Shown piece by piece: positions 1 to 10,365 of a stretch of DNA of 64,000 bases. The notes below the pieces were generated by a model, which worked only from the letters and a program-made list of their open reading frames with translations, made no database searches and had not been told where the DNA came from. Both the position numbers and the translations under genes were made by a program. This DNA is from Eledone cirrhosa. Its lineage: Eukaryota. The stretch is taken from contig OZ024743.1 in NCBI GenBank assembly GCA_964016885.1, forward strand, positions 109,740,001 to 109,804,000, written 5' to 3'. How positions within the stretch are numbered: position 1 is the first letter of the stretch; each line of letters opens with the position of its first letter.

Positions 1-497
1 GTCGTGATCAAACCACCACCCTTCTTCAAAAACGAAGGAGAGGCGGTTTTCCTTTGCGTGAACGCTATAGCGAAAGAGGTTGTATAGTGGACGAGGTTAA
101 AAGGGCTGAGGTCAGACACCTTTCTCTCCGGCCAACAACTGATTGTTTTTTTCAAATACCACATTGGAAGAAGAATCAGGATGGAGAGAGAGGTGCTGTA
201 CACTAGAAAATGTTATGAAAGGTGGGTGAAAGTAGCGAGAATGGCCCGAGTGAATGGGCCTCCTCTCTATATCAGCCTGTAGGTTGAGGAAAAAGAGGAT
301 GGGAGGAAAGGGGTACTCACTCTTCGTACTCCTGGAGATGTGGGTTGCTCATTTGTTTTCGGCGGTATCTGTTACCCATATGTAATCGATTAATTTATAA
401 ATTGCATTTGTGATAGTATTTTACACGTTTTTATTGTATGTAAACTTTCCCCTTTGTATGTGTCCCCTTCTTTTGTGCCCCTGTGGATAATAAAGAA
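1..497 (+). mobile_element. 3' end of Tx1/L1-clade non-LTR retrotransposon (ORF2 C-terminus + 3'UTR)
   Basis: Close to 15747-16258 (IKPPPFFKNEGEAVFLCV...GPPLYISL*); ends AATAAAGAA followed by (TATC)n. Confidence 0.9.
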
Positions 498-503
498 TCA
501 TAC

Positions 504-504
<1 letters not shown>

Positions 505-563
<59 letters not shown>

Positions 564-576
564 ATATCTATCTATC

Positions 577-607
<31 letters not shown>

Positions 608-608
608 C
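505..608. repeat. (TATC)n/(GATA)n microsatellite between two head-to-tail Tx1 copies
   Basis: Directly visible tetranucleotide array. Confidence 0.95.
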
Positions 609-1195
609 TCTGGGATGGACACATGTTAAACTTGCTCGGTAAGTTTTGTATAAATGTCTTTAAAAATTCGTCATTGTGAACTTATATTTTTCTACCAATT
701 TGTAGAGGGACTGACAGGTCAATTTTTTTATCTGGTCAGTCTCCCAAAATATCGTGCCCCTCAGGGTAAAAACATCCAAAATATTTTCGAAAAAAAATGT
801 ATGCATGCCTACTTGACCAGCAGGTAGTATCAGACATGGACAAAGGAATGCCAACATTATCGCCTCAACATTTAGAAGAGGAATAAGCTTCAGCTGCTTG
901 TAAGCAACTGGACACGCCTGACGTCACAAACGTCACATGTATCCACACACAGAAGGAAGTATGTGTAGCAAACACTAACATCACCACAACCAACAACAAC
1001 AACACAATAAATGAGAAGAACAACAACACAACAAAATAAATCAGTCGCAACACAACGAATGAGACCATCATCACCACCAACAACAAAAATAACAAAATTT
1101 CATTTGCAGCAACAGTTGCTAAGCAACAGGATTTTAAATACTACTCCATGGACATTTCCCAAAAGTCCCAATATTTGTAAGAAGCTTCCAACTAT

Positions 1196-2632
1196 GTGAC
1201 GTTTGAGGGAGACACCCCGCACATACACATACCCCCACTAGTAAGAGAAATGACACAGAAAAAAAAGCTAATTTACAGAACAGTTGACATCATTACCAAA
1301 AAACCCATAACGCTCCCAACAAGCACTATCGAAGCTGCACTAAAATACGTCAAGCCAGACGTGGCATACATCCAAAGAGGTAAACAGTATAGAAGTGTGT
1401 CAGTGCTCTTTAAGAGCAAAATTCTGGCACAACAACACTCGGTTCACCCAATAAAAACGGATCAACACATCTTCCCCACGTACATGGGAAGATGATCCTA
1501 CAAAATAAAAATAACCAGGATCCCAGCAGAGGTCAACATGTGGTCGATCCTACGCTGCATCCTGAAGAAGGATGAGGACACCCTCTTATCTGTAGACAGG
1601 ACAGATCGCCATAACTGGCTTGGAACCTGCATTGAGGTTCTGGTACAAAGGAGGCCAGAGAGAGTTGAGAAAATACTGGACATGATCGTGCTTGAGGAAG
1701 ATGTCATCTCCATTTTAGTGGAGCGGAAAATACCTCAGTGCCATAAGTGTGGGAAAACCACACACTTAAAAGCCATTTGCCCTCTCTTAAACAAACCGAG
1801 GACAAACAAGGTGTTATTACCAACACCAACACCAAAACCCCAACATCAACACTCCCAACCAAACACAACACAAACACCTGCAACATCCACTCCCACATCA
1901 CCAGAGACCAGAGACAACCACACACACAAAATAACACTAAAAAACCCTCCATTACCCCACCCACCCCTGTCAAATACTTCCAAAAATACCTGCACAAACA
2001 CTCCACCACACAACATACCGCTCCCATCTACCCATGATTCAGAAGTCTCAGACACGGGAGCTTCTATATCTCCAAGTGAGAATGAAGAGGAACCCCAAAA
2101 ATCCAAAAAACAAAAAAAGACACTAGAAAGACACAAAATCATCTGCAGAAAACACGCACACACTCAACCCCACCATAAACACACCGCCACAAACGACAAA
2201 CACACCAACAACACAATCACCACCAACACAACCAAACATTTCACCAACAAAACAAACACCACACCACCACAATCACAAACACCAACCACAAAAAGAAAAC
2301 TACAAACAGAAACAGTACACATAAAAAACAAAACACACTACACATACATAAAAACAAAAAACAAAGAACTGGTGGAAACTGTCCGAAAGGACCTCACACT
2401 ACAAACGGAAGGGAAAACCTTCCCCACCAACGACCCACACCCAAACCTCAAACTTATCAGGGTAACAACCCTACAGTATGAAACTTTAAAAGAGAACTTC
2501 CCACATGATGTGGGCCCCCCTTGCCAAAAGCCCCTTAACCGTGTCCTGCTAAAAGGATTCCCTACCTCCCCCAAAACCACCAATCTGGACAGGGAGATCG
2601 AACAACCCGACCTCCAGGAAACGAAAAGTTAA
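1196..2632 (+). pseudogene. Tx1 ORF1 (gag-like, CCHC zinc knuckle, Thr/Pro-rich linker), disrupted
   Basis: CHKCGKTTHLKAIC knuckle; homologous to 12938-13542 (PMYMGRR; CHLCGARDHVRAAC). Confidence 0.8.
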
Positions 2633-2671
2633 GTGTTCCCCCTTTTCTCTCCTTAACTCTTCTTCACCAAC

Positions 2672-5206
2672 ATGGCGACTATACAAGCTGGATATTTGAA
2701 TGTACGTGGCCTTGGAATGTCCTGGAAACAAGGCTAGCTTTTAAATGATCTCAGGTCACATTGTATAGATGTGATAGCCATTACCAAGTCCAGGATTCAC
2801 AACAAGCAGCAGCTAACCCCTATTTTCGATGATTTTTAGATCTACACATCTTTCTGTAGGCCAGGGGTGGGGTGGGGAGTTGCTGTTCTGTTTCGGAAAA
2901 ACTTGGATCTCAAAATACAGACGATTCACTTGGACCCGGAGGCCAGCCTCGTGGTCCTGGACGAGAATGATAGTGAAGCTGGAGCTTTCATACTGGTGGC
3001 CGTATATGCCCCGACTGGTCCATCGCGACCAGAGATCTTCAAGCGTGTGGAGCCATTCCTGGAAACGTCTCGCTCCTTAGTGTTAGTGGTGGACTGGAAT
3101 GGCATCTTAGACGCACGTTGGGAATATGTAGGAGCTTGTGATAATAGAGGGTGGTGTAATAGCCTCAACAATCTCATCAGCAAATTCCAACTGGCTGATA
3201 GATATCGACTAGACTTCCCAATTGCACCACTGTGGACATGGAGCAAGCGCACTGGGTCTTCTAGACCGTATTTAGATAGATTTTTAATTAGACAGAATGA
3301 TAAGGAAACATTAAGCTGTCCACAAATGCACATGGTTGACTATTCAGACAACAAATAAGTCACCTACGTAGTCTACCTAGATAGAACACATAGACAGGGA
3401 CCCTTATACTGGAAGTTAAACATGTCGCTCCCAGCACGTAAGGCCTACAGTAAACGGATTACCACCTTAGTTAAGTGCCAGTTGACGGGGGCGATCGTCA
3501 ACAGCAGATGGTGGAGCTCTCTCTCGAGAGCAATTAGAATAGAATCGATAGCATTTAGCAAGGAAGTAGCTAGCCTTAGAAAAAAACAAAACTAAAAATG
3601 AACTGGTAGCTAAAATAGAAGAGGCACTTAGGAATGGCAGTACAGCTGACGTGCTAGCGGCGAGAACGGCACTAGAACTGGTCTAGTAAAACTGGTTCAA
3701 CCTGAAACACGAAGGTTGTATTGTCAGAAGTAGAGCACGTGCCCTAAGAAACGAGGGAGACAAAGCTGTTAGCTGGGCCCGAGTGGCAGAGGCGAAAAGT
3801 GGCAACAAATCCACAATTCGGTGTTTGCAAGACAAAGATGGACGCATTATACTTGAATCCAAGATATGTGAGCGGATTCCAGCAGCAATTTGCACAACTG
3901 TTCGGGCAAAGCGGTACATCGTGCGAGGTGATGGACTTCAGCTCCTACCTCCACGGCGTACCGCGACTCTCGAGCACGGATGCGGAGAGCTGCGAAATGC
4001 CGATCACATCGGCGGGGGGGGGGGGAATAAAAGATGCCCTAGGCCGCTGCTGGAAACGCAAATCACCCAGTTTAGAGGGTCTACCCTATGAGTTTTACAT
4101 AGGCATGCCAGACTTGTTCTCTGGCGTCCTCAAAGCGGTCTACTGAAACTGGCAGCAGAACGGGAGGATTCCCAGTTCTAGAGGCAAGAGCGTAGTAACG
4201 CTGATCAGGAAAGATGAGAACAAGGGGGATGAGATAAGCAATTTCAGGTCCATAACTCTGCTCAAAACAGAGTTAAAGATTTTGGCGAAGCTGTTAGCAG
4301 CAATGCTGGCGCTTGTCGTCGAGAAGCTGGTAGGGGAAGCCCAAACGTGTGCAATCCCGACCAGGTCCATTCACGACAACCTCCACCTCATGCGATACAT
4401 CATAGAGAGGGTAGGGTGTAAACCTGGCTTTGGTCGAGCTCTGATAAATTTAGATCAATCTAAAGCATTTGATAGGGTCGACTTGGAAGCAGTTCTCAAG
4501 GCGGCCGGCTTCGGTCCTGTCTTCAGAGGCTGGACCGGTGCCATGCACACCAGCATCTGCTCGGCAGTCAAGGTGAATGGCTACCTATCAGAGCCATTCA
4601 AAATCATGCGTTCCATCCGTCAGGGATGCCCTCCTCCTCCATTCTGTATGTACTGACTCTCGAGCCTTACTGCGGAAATTGTTGCAGGGCATCCCGGTCG
4701 AACCAGGAATGCGGAAAGCAGCGTCAGCGTATGCCGACGACATAACCGTAATGGTGTCGAAACCTCGGAAATCAGGGTAACCGCCAATCTATTACAGGAA
4801 TACGAAACGTTGACAGGAGCGAGGCTAAACCCAAACAAGTCTGTCGGTTTGCAACTCGGCACATGGAGAGGTAAACCCATGCCTTCCGACAGTGTCGTTG
4901 GACGTTGGACGGAAGGACCCGTGAAATTGCTCGGGGTCTGGTTCGGTCCAGACCTCCAGGTGGACAAGAACTGGAACAAGGTCACGGCGAAGTTGTTTGC
5001 ACTCACCCAGAAGTGGACTGAGTGCAAACTCTCTTGAAAGGTCGAGCGGAGGTGACAAACACTTACATAGCGCCCGTCATCTACTACCGCTTCGCAGTCG
5101 TATCTTGCCCCCGCGAATACCTTACCAAAATGGAACGCCTACTCTTCAAGTTCCTCTGGAAGAAACAGGCTCCATTGGTGAGGAGATCCATCTGCTGTCA
5201 ACACCC
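2672..5206 (+). pseudogene. Tx1 ORF2 (AP endonuclease + reverse transcriptase), several stops and frameshifts
   Basis: MATIQAGYLNVRGL, VAVYAP, DWN, YLDRFL, YSD (APE); SPSLEGLPYEFY, NFRSITLL, LDQSKAFDRV, IRQGCP, AYADD (RT). Confidence 0.92.
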
Positions 5207-5867
5207 ATATAAAAATAATAATTCAGTGGATGGAATAAGCTAGCGAGGACTAAATTCCGGAGCACTGAAAACATTTTAGTAAGTAAGTTGATTTTTAATT
5301 TTTAAAATTTTCTTATTTTACGTCTTTCATATATTTGTTCTGCATACCCCTGCATAGAACCACATAGGTACTAAGACAACTTATATATTTGCTAGCATGA
5401 GTGTACATCTGTACACATATGTTGGTAGATGTACTAATTCTCTATATTTATCTCCAAATTATTTGTTGAGCAACACTTGCCAAAATTTACTGCTGTATCA
5501 TGGTAGTAGTAGGTTCTTGTCATAATAACACCCCGCTCCTAACTGATTAACCTCAGTGTCACGTGATTGATTCTTTAGAATCTGCCACTGACCAGAGGCA
5601 GTGAAATTTTTTCAGTGCTCCGGAATTTAGTCCTCGCTAGCTTATTCCATCCACTGAATTATTATTTTTATATGGGTTCCTAGTGTCCGCGCATTGCCCG
5701 GGAACTTAGCTGAGAATAGACTCCCTGATGACGTAATGAATTCTCTATAGTTATATTATGTAACTATATTTATCCCATTACAGAAACTAATTAGTTGGAG
5801 TGAAAATTTTAGTAAGTAAGTTGATTTTTAATTTTTAAAATTTTCTTATTTTACGTCTTTCATATAT
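5203..5867 (+). mobile_element. Non-coding HHR-containing unit (533-bp period, terminal direct repeat, 5' inverted segment); PLE pLTR- or retrozyme-like
   Basis: Direct repeat 5273-5334 = 5806-5867; inverted repeat 5203-5271 vs 5609-5677; HHR at 5720-5801. Confidence 0.8.
5720..5801 (+). ncRNA. Type I hammerhead ribozyme with extended stem II
   Basis: ACTCC-CTGATGA-c-GTAATG..(inner hairpin TATAGTTATA/TGTAACTATA)..CATTAC-a-GAAA-CTAATTAG-TT^GGAGT. Confidence 0.82.
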
Positions 5868-6423
5868 ATTGAAAGGAAAACGACCGCCACATAAACCAAA
5901 AAAGAGGTATAAGGATTCCTTGAAAGCCTCTCTGAAAGACGCTAACATCGCTGCTGATACATGGGAGAATATTGCTGCTGATCGTAATAAATGGAGAAAG
6001 ACTGTATATGAGGGAAAAGTTGCCTTTGAGGCATCTCGAATCGCATACGAGAAAGTAAAGCGGGATGTGAGGAAGTGCATTGCTGTTGCACTTCCAGACG
6101 GCGAGGGTCCTCCTATGGTGCTGACATGCAGCGTATGTGCGAGACTCTGCCTAAGCAAAGCTGGACTCGAAAGTCATCTTCGCAGTCATAAAGTAAGACC
6201 AGTGGTTAACTACCAGGCTGCTGTTGGAGATGCTACTCATCATGCCTGCCAAACATGTGGTAGAAAATGTAAATCAGCAGGAGGGCTCTAGCGACATGCA
6301 AAAGTACACGAACTCCAGCCACAGCCGACTATTCCCAGTAAATCTTTTGGTTGCCGACTCTGTGCAAGTCATTTTAGATCATTGGCTGGGCTAAAAAGCC
6401 ACATTCGATCGCAGCGCTGTTAG
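5868..6423 (+). mobile_element. 3' fragment of RTE-clade LINE ORF with three C2H2 zinc fingers
   Basis: GKRPPHKPKKRYKDSLK..WE..AADR.KWR tail typical of RTE; CSVC..H...H, CQTC..(stop)..H, CRLC..H. Confidence 0.8.
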
Positions 6424-6711
6424 TTGCTATCGTGTGTGTGTGTGTGTGTAGATATGCTTATGTGTGTATATATATATGTATATGTATATTATTATTGTTG
6501 TTGTCGTTATTATTATTGTTGTTATTATTATTATTACTATTATTGTTATTAATGTATGTGTGTGTGTATGTGTGTGTGTGTGTGTGTATATATGTGTATG
6601 TGTCTGTGTATGTGTATATATATATATATTTCTTTTTTTTTATTTATTTATTATTATTATTTTTTTTTTCTTTCTCCTCGTGCAATGGCCATACTCGATA
6701 ACGAGAGGGCA

Positions 6712-6742
<31 letters not shown>

Positions 6743-6963
6743 CAATTAAGTTAAAAATGTACATCCATATATGTATACTGAAATACTAGTATGCATATGA
6801 ATACACACACGTATACATATGTAGATTACCAAGTCTTTCACTGGTTACTTTACAGTGAGTATCCAGCTATTCTGTATGTAAACACACAGACAAACCGGTT
6901 TTTAGAGTCATACTGGTTTTTGAGGAAACACCTTTCCTCTATTCTCCAGAAAGCCAGACAAGG

Positions 6964-7008
6964 AATATTGAACTAGTTTCGTTGTTGTTACAACTCATCA
7001 GCAATATT
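6964..7008 (-). ncRNA. Minimal type I hammerhead ribozyme (unit 1)
   Basis: Minus strand: AATATTG-CTGATGA-GTTGT aaca ACAAC-GAAA-CTAG-TT^CAATATT. Confidence 0.9.
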
Positions 7009-7429
7009 TACCTCTCTACCGGCCTTTCTGGAGAATCGTTAAAGAACATATCGTTATATGCTTTTTCTATGAAAATTAGTAGTGGGCAGACTAATTTGCA
7101 TAGAGTGTGAGTACGTACCGGTTCAACGGAGACGATAAAAACAAATAACGAAACGAAATTAAATTTCGTTTCGTTTGAAACTCACTTTTGTATGACTGAC
7201 GCTTAAACAATTAAGTTAAAAATATACATCCATATATGTATACTGAAATACTAGTATGCATATGAATACACACACGTATACATATGTAGATGTACCAAGT
7301 CTTTCACTGGTTACTTTACTGTGAGTATCCAGCTATTCTGTATGTAAACACACAGACAAACCGGTTTTTAGAGTCATACTGGTTTTTGAGGAAACACCTT
7401 TCCTCTATTCTCCAGAAAGCCAGACAAGG

Positions 7430-7474
7430 AATATTGAACTAGTTTCGTTGTTGTTACAACTCATCAGCAATATT
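7430..7474 (-). ncRNA. Minimal type I hammerhead ribozyme (unit 2)
   Basis: Identical to 6964-7008. Confidence 0.9.
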
Positions 7475-7895
7475 TACCTCTCTACCGGCCTTTCTGGAGA
7501 ATCGTAAAAGCACATATCGTTATATGCTTTTTCTATGAAAATTAGTATTGGGCAGACTAATTTGCATAGAGTGTGAGTACGTACCTGTTCAACGGAGACG
7601 ATAAAAACAAATAACGAAACGAAATTAAATTTCGTTTCGTTTGTAACTCACTTTTGTATGACTGACGCTTAAACAATTAAGTTAAAAATGTACATCCATA
7701 TATGTATACTGAAATACTAGTATGCATATGAATACACACACGTATACATATGTAGATGTACCAAGTCTTTCACTGGTTACTTTACTGTGAGTATCCAGCT
7801 ATTCTGTATGTAAACACACAGACAAACCGGTTTTTAGAGTCATACTGGTTTTTGAGGAAACACCTTTCCTCTATTCTCCAGAAAGCCAGACAAGG

Positions 7896-7940
7896 AATAT
7901 TGAACTAGTTTCGTTGTTGTTACAACTCATCAGCAATATT
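7896..7940 (-). ncRNA. Minimal type I hammerhead ribozyme (unit 3)
   Basis: Identical to 6964-7008. Confidence 0.9.
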
Positions 7941-8586
7941 TACCTCTCTACCGGCCTTTCTGGAGAATCGTAAAGGCACATATCGTTATATGCTTTTTCT
8001 ATGAAAATTAGTAGTGGGCAGACTAATTTGCATAGAGTGTGAGTAGGTACCGGTTCAACGGAGACGATAAAAACAAATAACGAAACGAAATTAAATTTCG
8101 TTTCGTTTGTAACTCACTTTTGTATGACTGACGCTTAAACAATTAAGTTAAAAATATACATCCATATATGTATACTGAAATACTAGTATGCATATGAATA
8201 CACACACGTATACATATGTATATGTACATCTACATATGTATACGTGTGTGTATTCATATGCATACTAGTATTTCAGTATACATATGTGGATGTACATTTT
8301 TAACTTAATTGTTTAAGCGTCAGTCATACAAAAGTGAGTTTCAAACGAAACGAAATGTTTACATACAGAATAGCTGGATACTCACAGTAAAGTAACCAGT
8401 GAAAGACTTGGTACATCTACATATGTATACGTGTGTGTATTCATATGCATACTAGTATTTCAGTATACATATATGGATGTACATTTTTAACTTAATTGTT
8501 TAAGCGTCAGTCATACAAAAGTGAGTTACAAACGAAACGAAATTTAATTTCGTTTCGTTATTTGTTTTTATATATATATATATATA

Positions 8587-8749
8587 ACGAAGGAAATGTA
8601 TTAAGGAACCATATGGACCATAACGCACCAAAGTACTCAATACTTAGGGTAGTAGAGTGGGTAATAGGAACGAGTAGGACCCCGACGGCTGAGCTCAAGC
8701 CGTTTCCACGGCTAATTCTGGACTAAACGAAAATGTTTATCCTGGTATA

Positions 8750-8787
<38 letters not shown>

Positions 8788-9121
8788 TAACATTCTCGGT
8801 ATTCTTCTATATTTTTACCCCATATTGTTTTACTTTTTGTTTCGACTTCCTCCCCCTCCCCCTCCCTAGTATACTTCCTTGAACTCCTGCCCTGCTGTAG
8901 TTGGCACTATCAACGCGCGACTGGGTTTCCTCCACCCCTCTCCCGTTTTCTTCTACTGGCAGGTTCAGCTACCCCTTCCTTCCACAAATTGCCATGATAG
9001 AATTATGTGACTCAACAACAGACTTTTGACCAATCCTTTTGACAATCACTTTTACCATATATGGAATTACCCCCTGAGAAGCTCGGCTATTCATATACCA
9101 GGATAAACATGTTCATTTAGT

Positions 9122-9124
<3 letters not shown>
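8587..9124. mobile_element. Rearranged non-coding repeat carrying the two halves of a large HHR
   Basis: 8587-8755 (minus) overlaps in sequence with 9087-9124 (plus); same family at 57905-58046 and 59610-59815. Confidence 0.6.
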
Positions 9125-9155
<31 letters not shown>

Positions 9156-9376
9156 CGAAGTTTAATAAAATTGAAGTTTCGGCTGCAGCCAAGCTAAGAA
9201 AATACAATCAGGAATTATGCATCCAAGCACTCGATGAGCTGTGCTAGGAGTAATAACATACGTTAGATAGCACAAAAATGTGTGGCAGGCAAGCCTAGCC
9301 ACAATACGGAAGCAACGAAAATACTTTTATGTTAAATATATATATATATATTAATTCAAAATATTAAGAAAATAGA

Positions 9377-9443
9377 TATGTTATTACGCATATTTCAGAG
9401 GTACTGGGTTTAGTTCAACAGTACGTCCTCATCAGATAAAATA
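9377..9443 (-). ncRNA. Type I hammerhead ribozyme (GAAATAT family)
   Basis: Minus: TATTTTAT-CTGATGA-GGACGTACTG..CAGTACCTCT-GAAA-TATGCG-TA^ATAACATA; paralog at 61689. Confidence 0.72.
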
Positions 9444-9601
9444 AGATAATGCATGACATACCCTGACATAGTAGATGGTTAAGATTCAGTCATAATTATT
9501 TGATGTATTCATTGAACCTTGTTTAAATTTTAAATATATATATATATATATATATATTAGTTTAGCGAGGTTTTTTTATATGAAATCGTGTGTCGAAACA
9601 G

Positions 9602-9992
9602 ATATTGTTATACTTGGGGAGGGTCATATTTGCGTAATATTGCCAGAATTAATAACAGAACACACTCACTGTTTGGTTGGTTTTCGCTTCTCGCTGTCTT
9701 TTATATCTGCGATCTAACTTACTCGGTCCTCAATGTTGCCATTGACTGACAGACGGTCAAAAATAATACAGATACAATATAGACACAAACACATGTAAAC
9801 TATATATATGTGTTTGTGTCTATATTGTATCTGTATTATTTTTGACCGTCGGTCAGTCAATGGCAACATTGAGGACCAAGTAAGTTAGATCGCAGATATA
9901 AAAGACAGCGAGAAGCGAAAACCAACCAAACAGTGAGTGTGTTCTGTTATTAATTCTGGCAATATTACGCAAATATGACCCTCCCCAAGTAT

Positions 9993-10000
<8 letters not shown>
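9602..10000. repeat. Near-perfect ~190-bp-arm palindrome (fold-back element)
   Basis: 9602-9794 is the reverse complement of 9808-10000 with only a few mismatches. Confidence 0.92.
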
Positions 10001-10031
<31 letters not shown>

Positions 10032-10044
10032 TATATACATATAT

Positions 10045-10365
10045 AAGTTTAAGCAAAGATCGCTGCTTTCACCCTTAACGGGATCTTCTGAAACTAACAA
10101 AGTCAATCTGTGATCGCAGAAGTGAATATTTCACAAAACGTTGCAACCGGAGGAAGACAGGAAGACGATACTTTGATTCGTGGAAACGTTCCCTGGCAAA
10201 GAACGGGAAAAAACGCATATAATACGTCATTATTTAGAGCGGTGAAAAACAATTACACGCAAAGACAGAACCACGTTTTTGCGCTACGGTTCTTATATGT
10301 TTGACATATATTTATCCTTATCGAGCCCTGTTTGGATTTTAGCCTTCAAATGTATTATTATTACT
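10045..10365 (-). mobile_element. Solo PLE pseudo-LTR fragment of the 22166 family, with an oppositely oriented 5'UTR piece
   Basis: 10045-10195 is the reverse complement of about 22256-22406; 10285-10360 matches 22436-22510. Confidence 0.8.

Larger units (their letters stand above)
610..5206 (+). mobile_element. Tx1/L1-clade LINE, 5'-complete, 3' part lost or interrupted
   Basis: 5'UTR starts TGGGATGG as in the copy at 12271; ORF1 with CCHC knuckle; ORF2 with APE endonuclease and RT motifs. Confidence 0.9.
6742..8568 (-). mobile_element. Tandem ~466-bp HHR-containing repeat (retrozyme-like): 3.2 direct units plus 2 inverted partial units
   Basis: Units start at 6742, 7207, 7673, 8139; inverted pieces about 8222-8356 and 8357-8568; one HHR per full unit. 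Confidence 0.9.

Noticed and set aside
6742-8220. Tandem array as a CRISPR or simple satellite
   Set aside because: Whole 466-bp units repeat with no unique spacers; eukaryotic context; the HHR explains the unit better.
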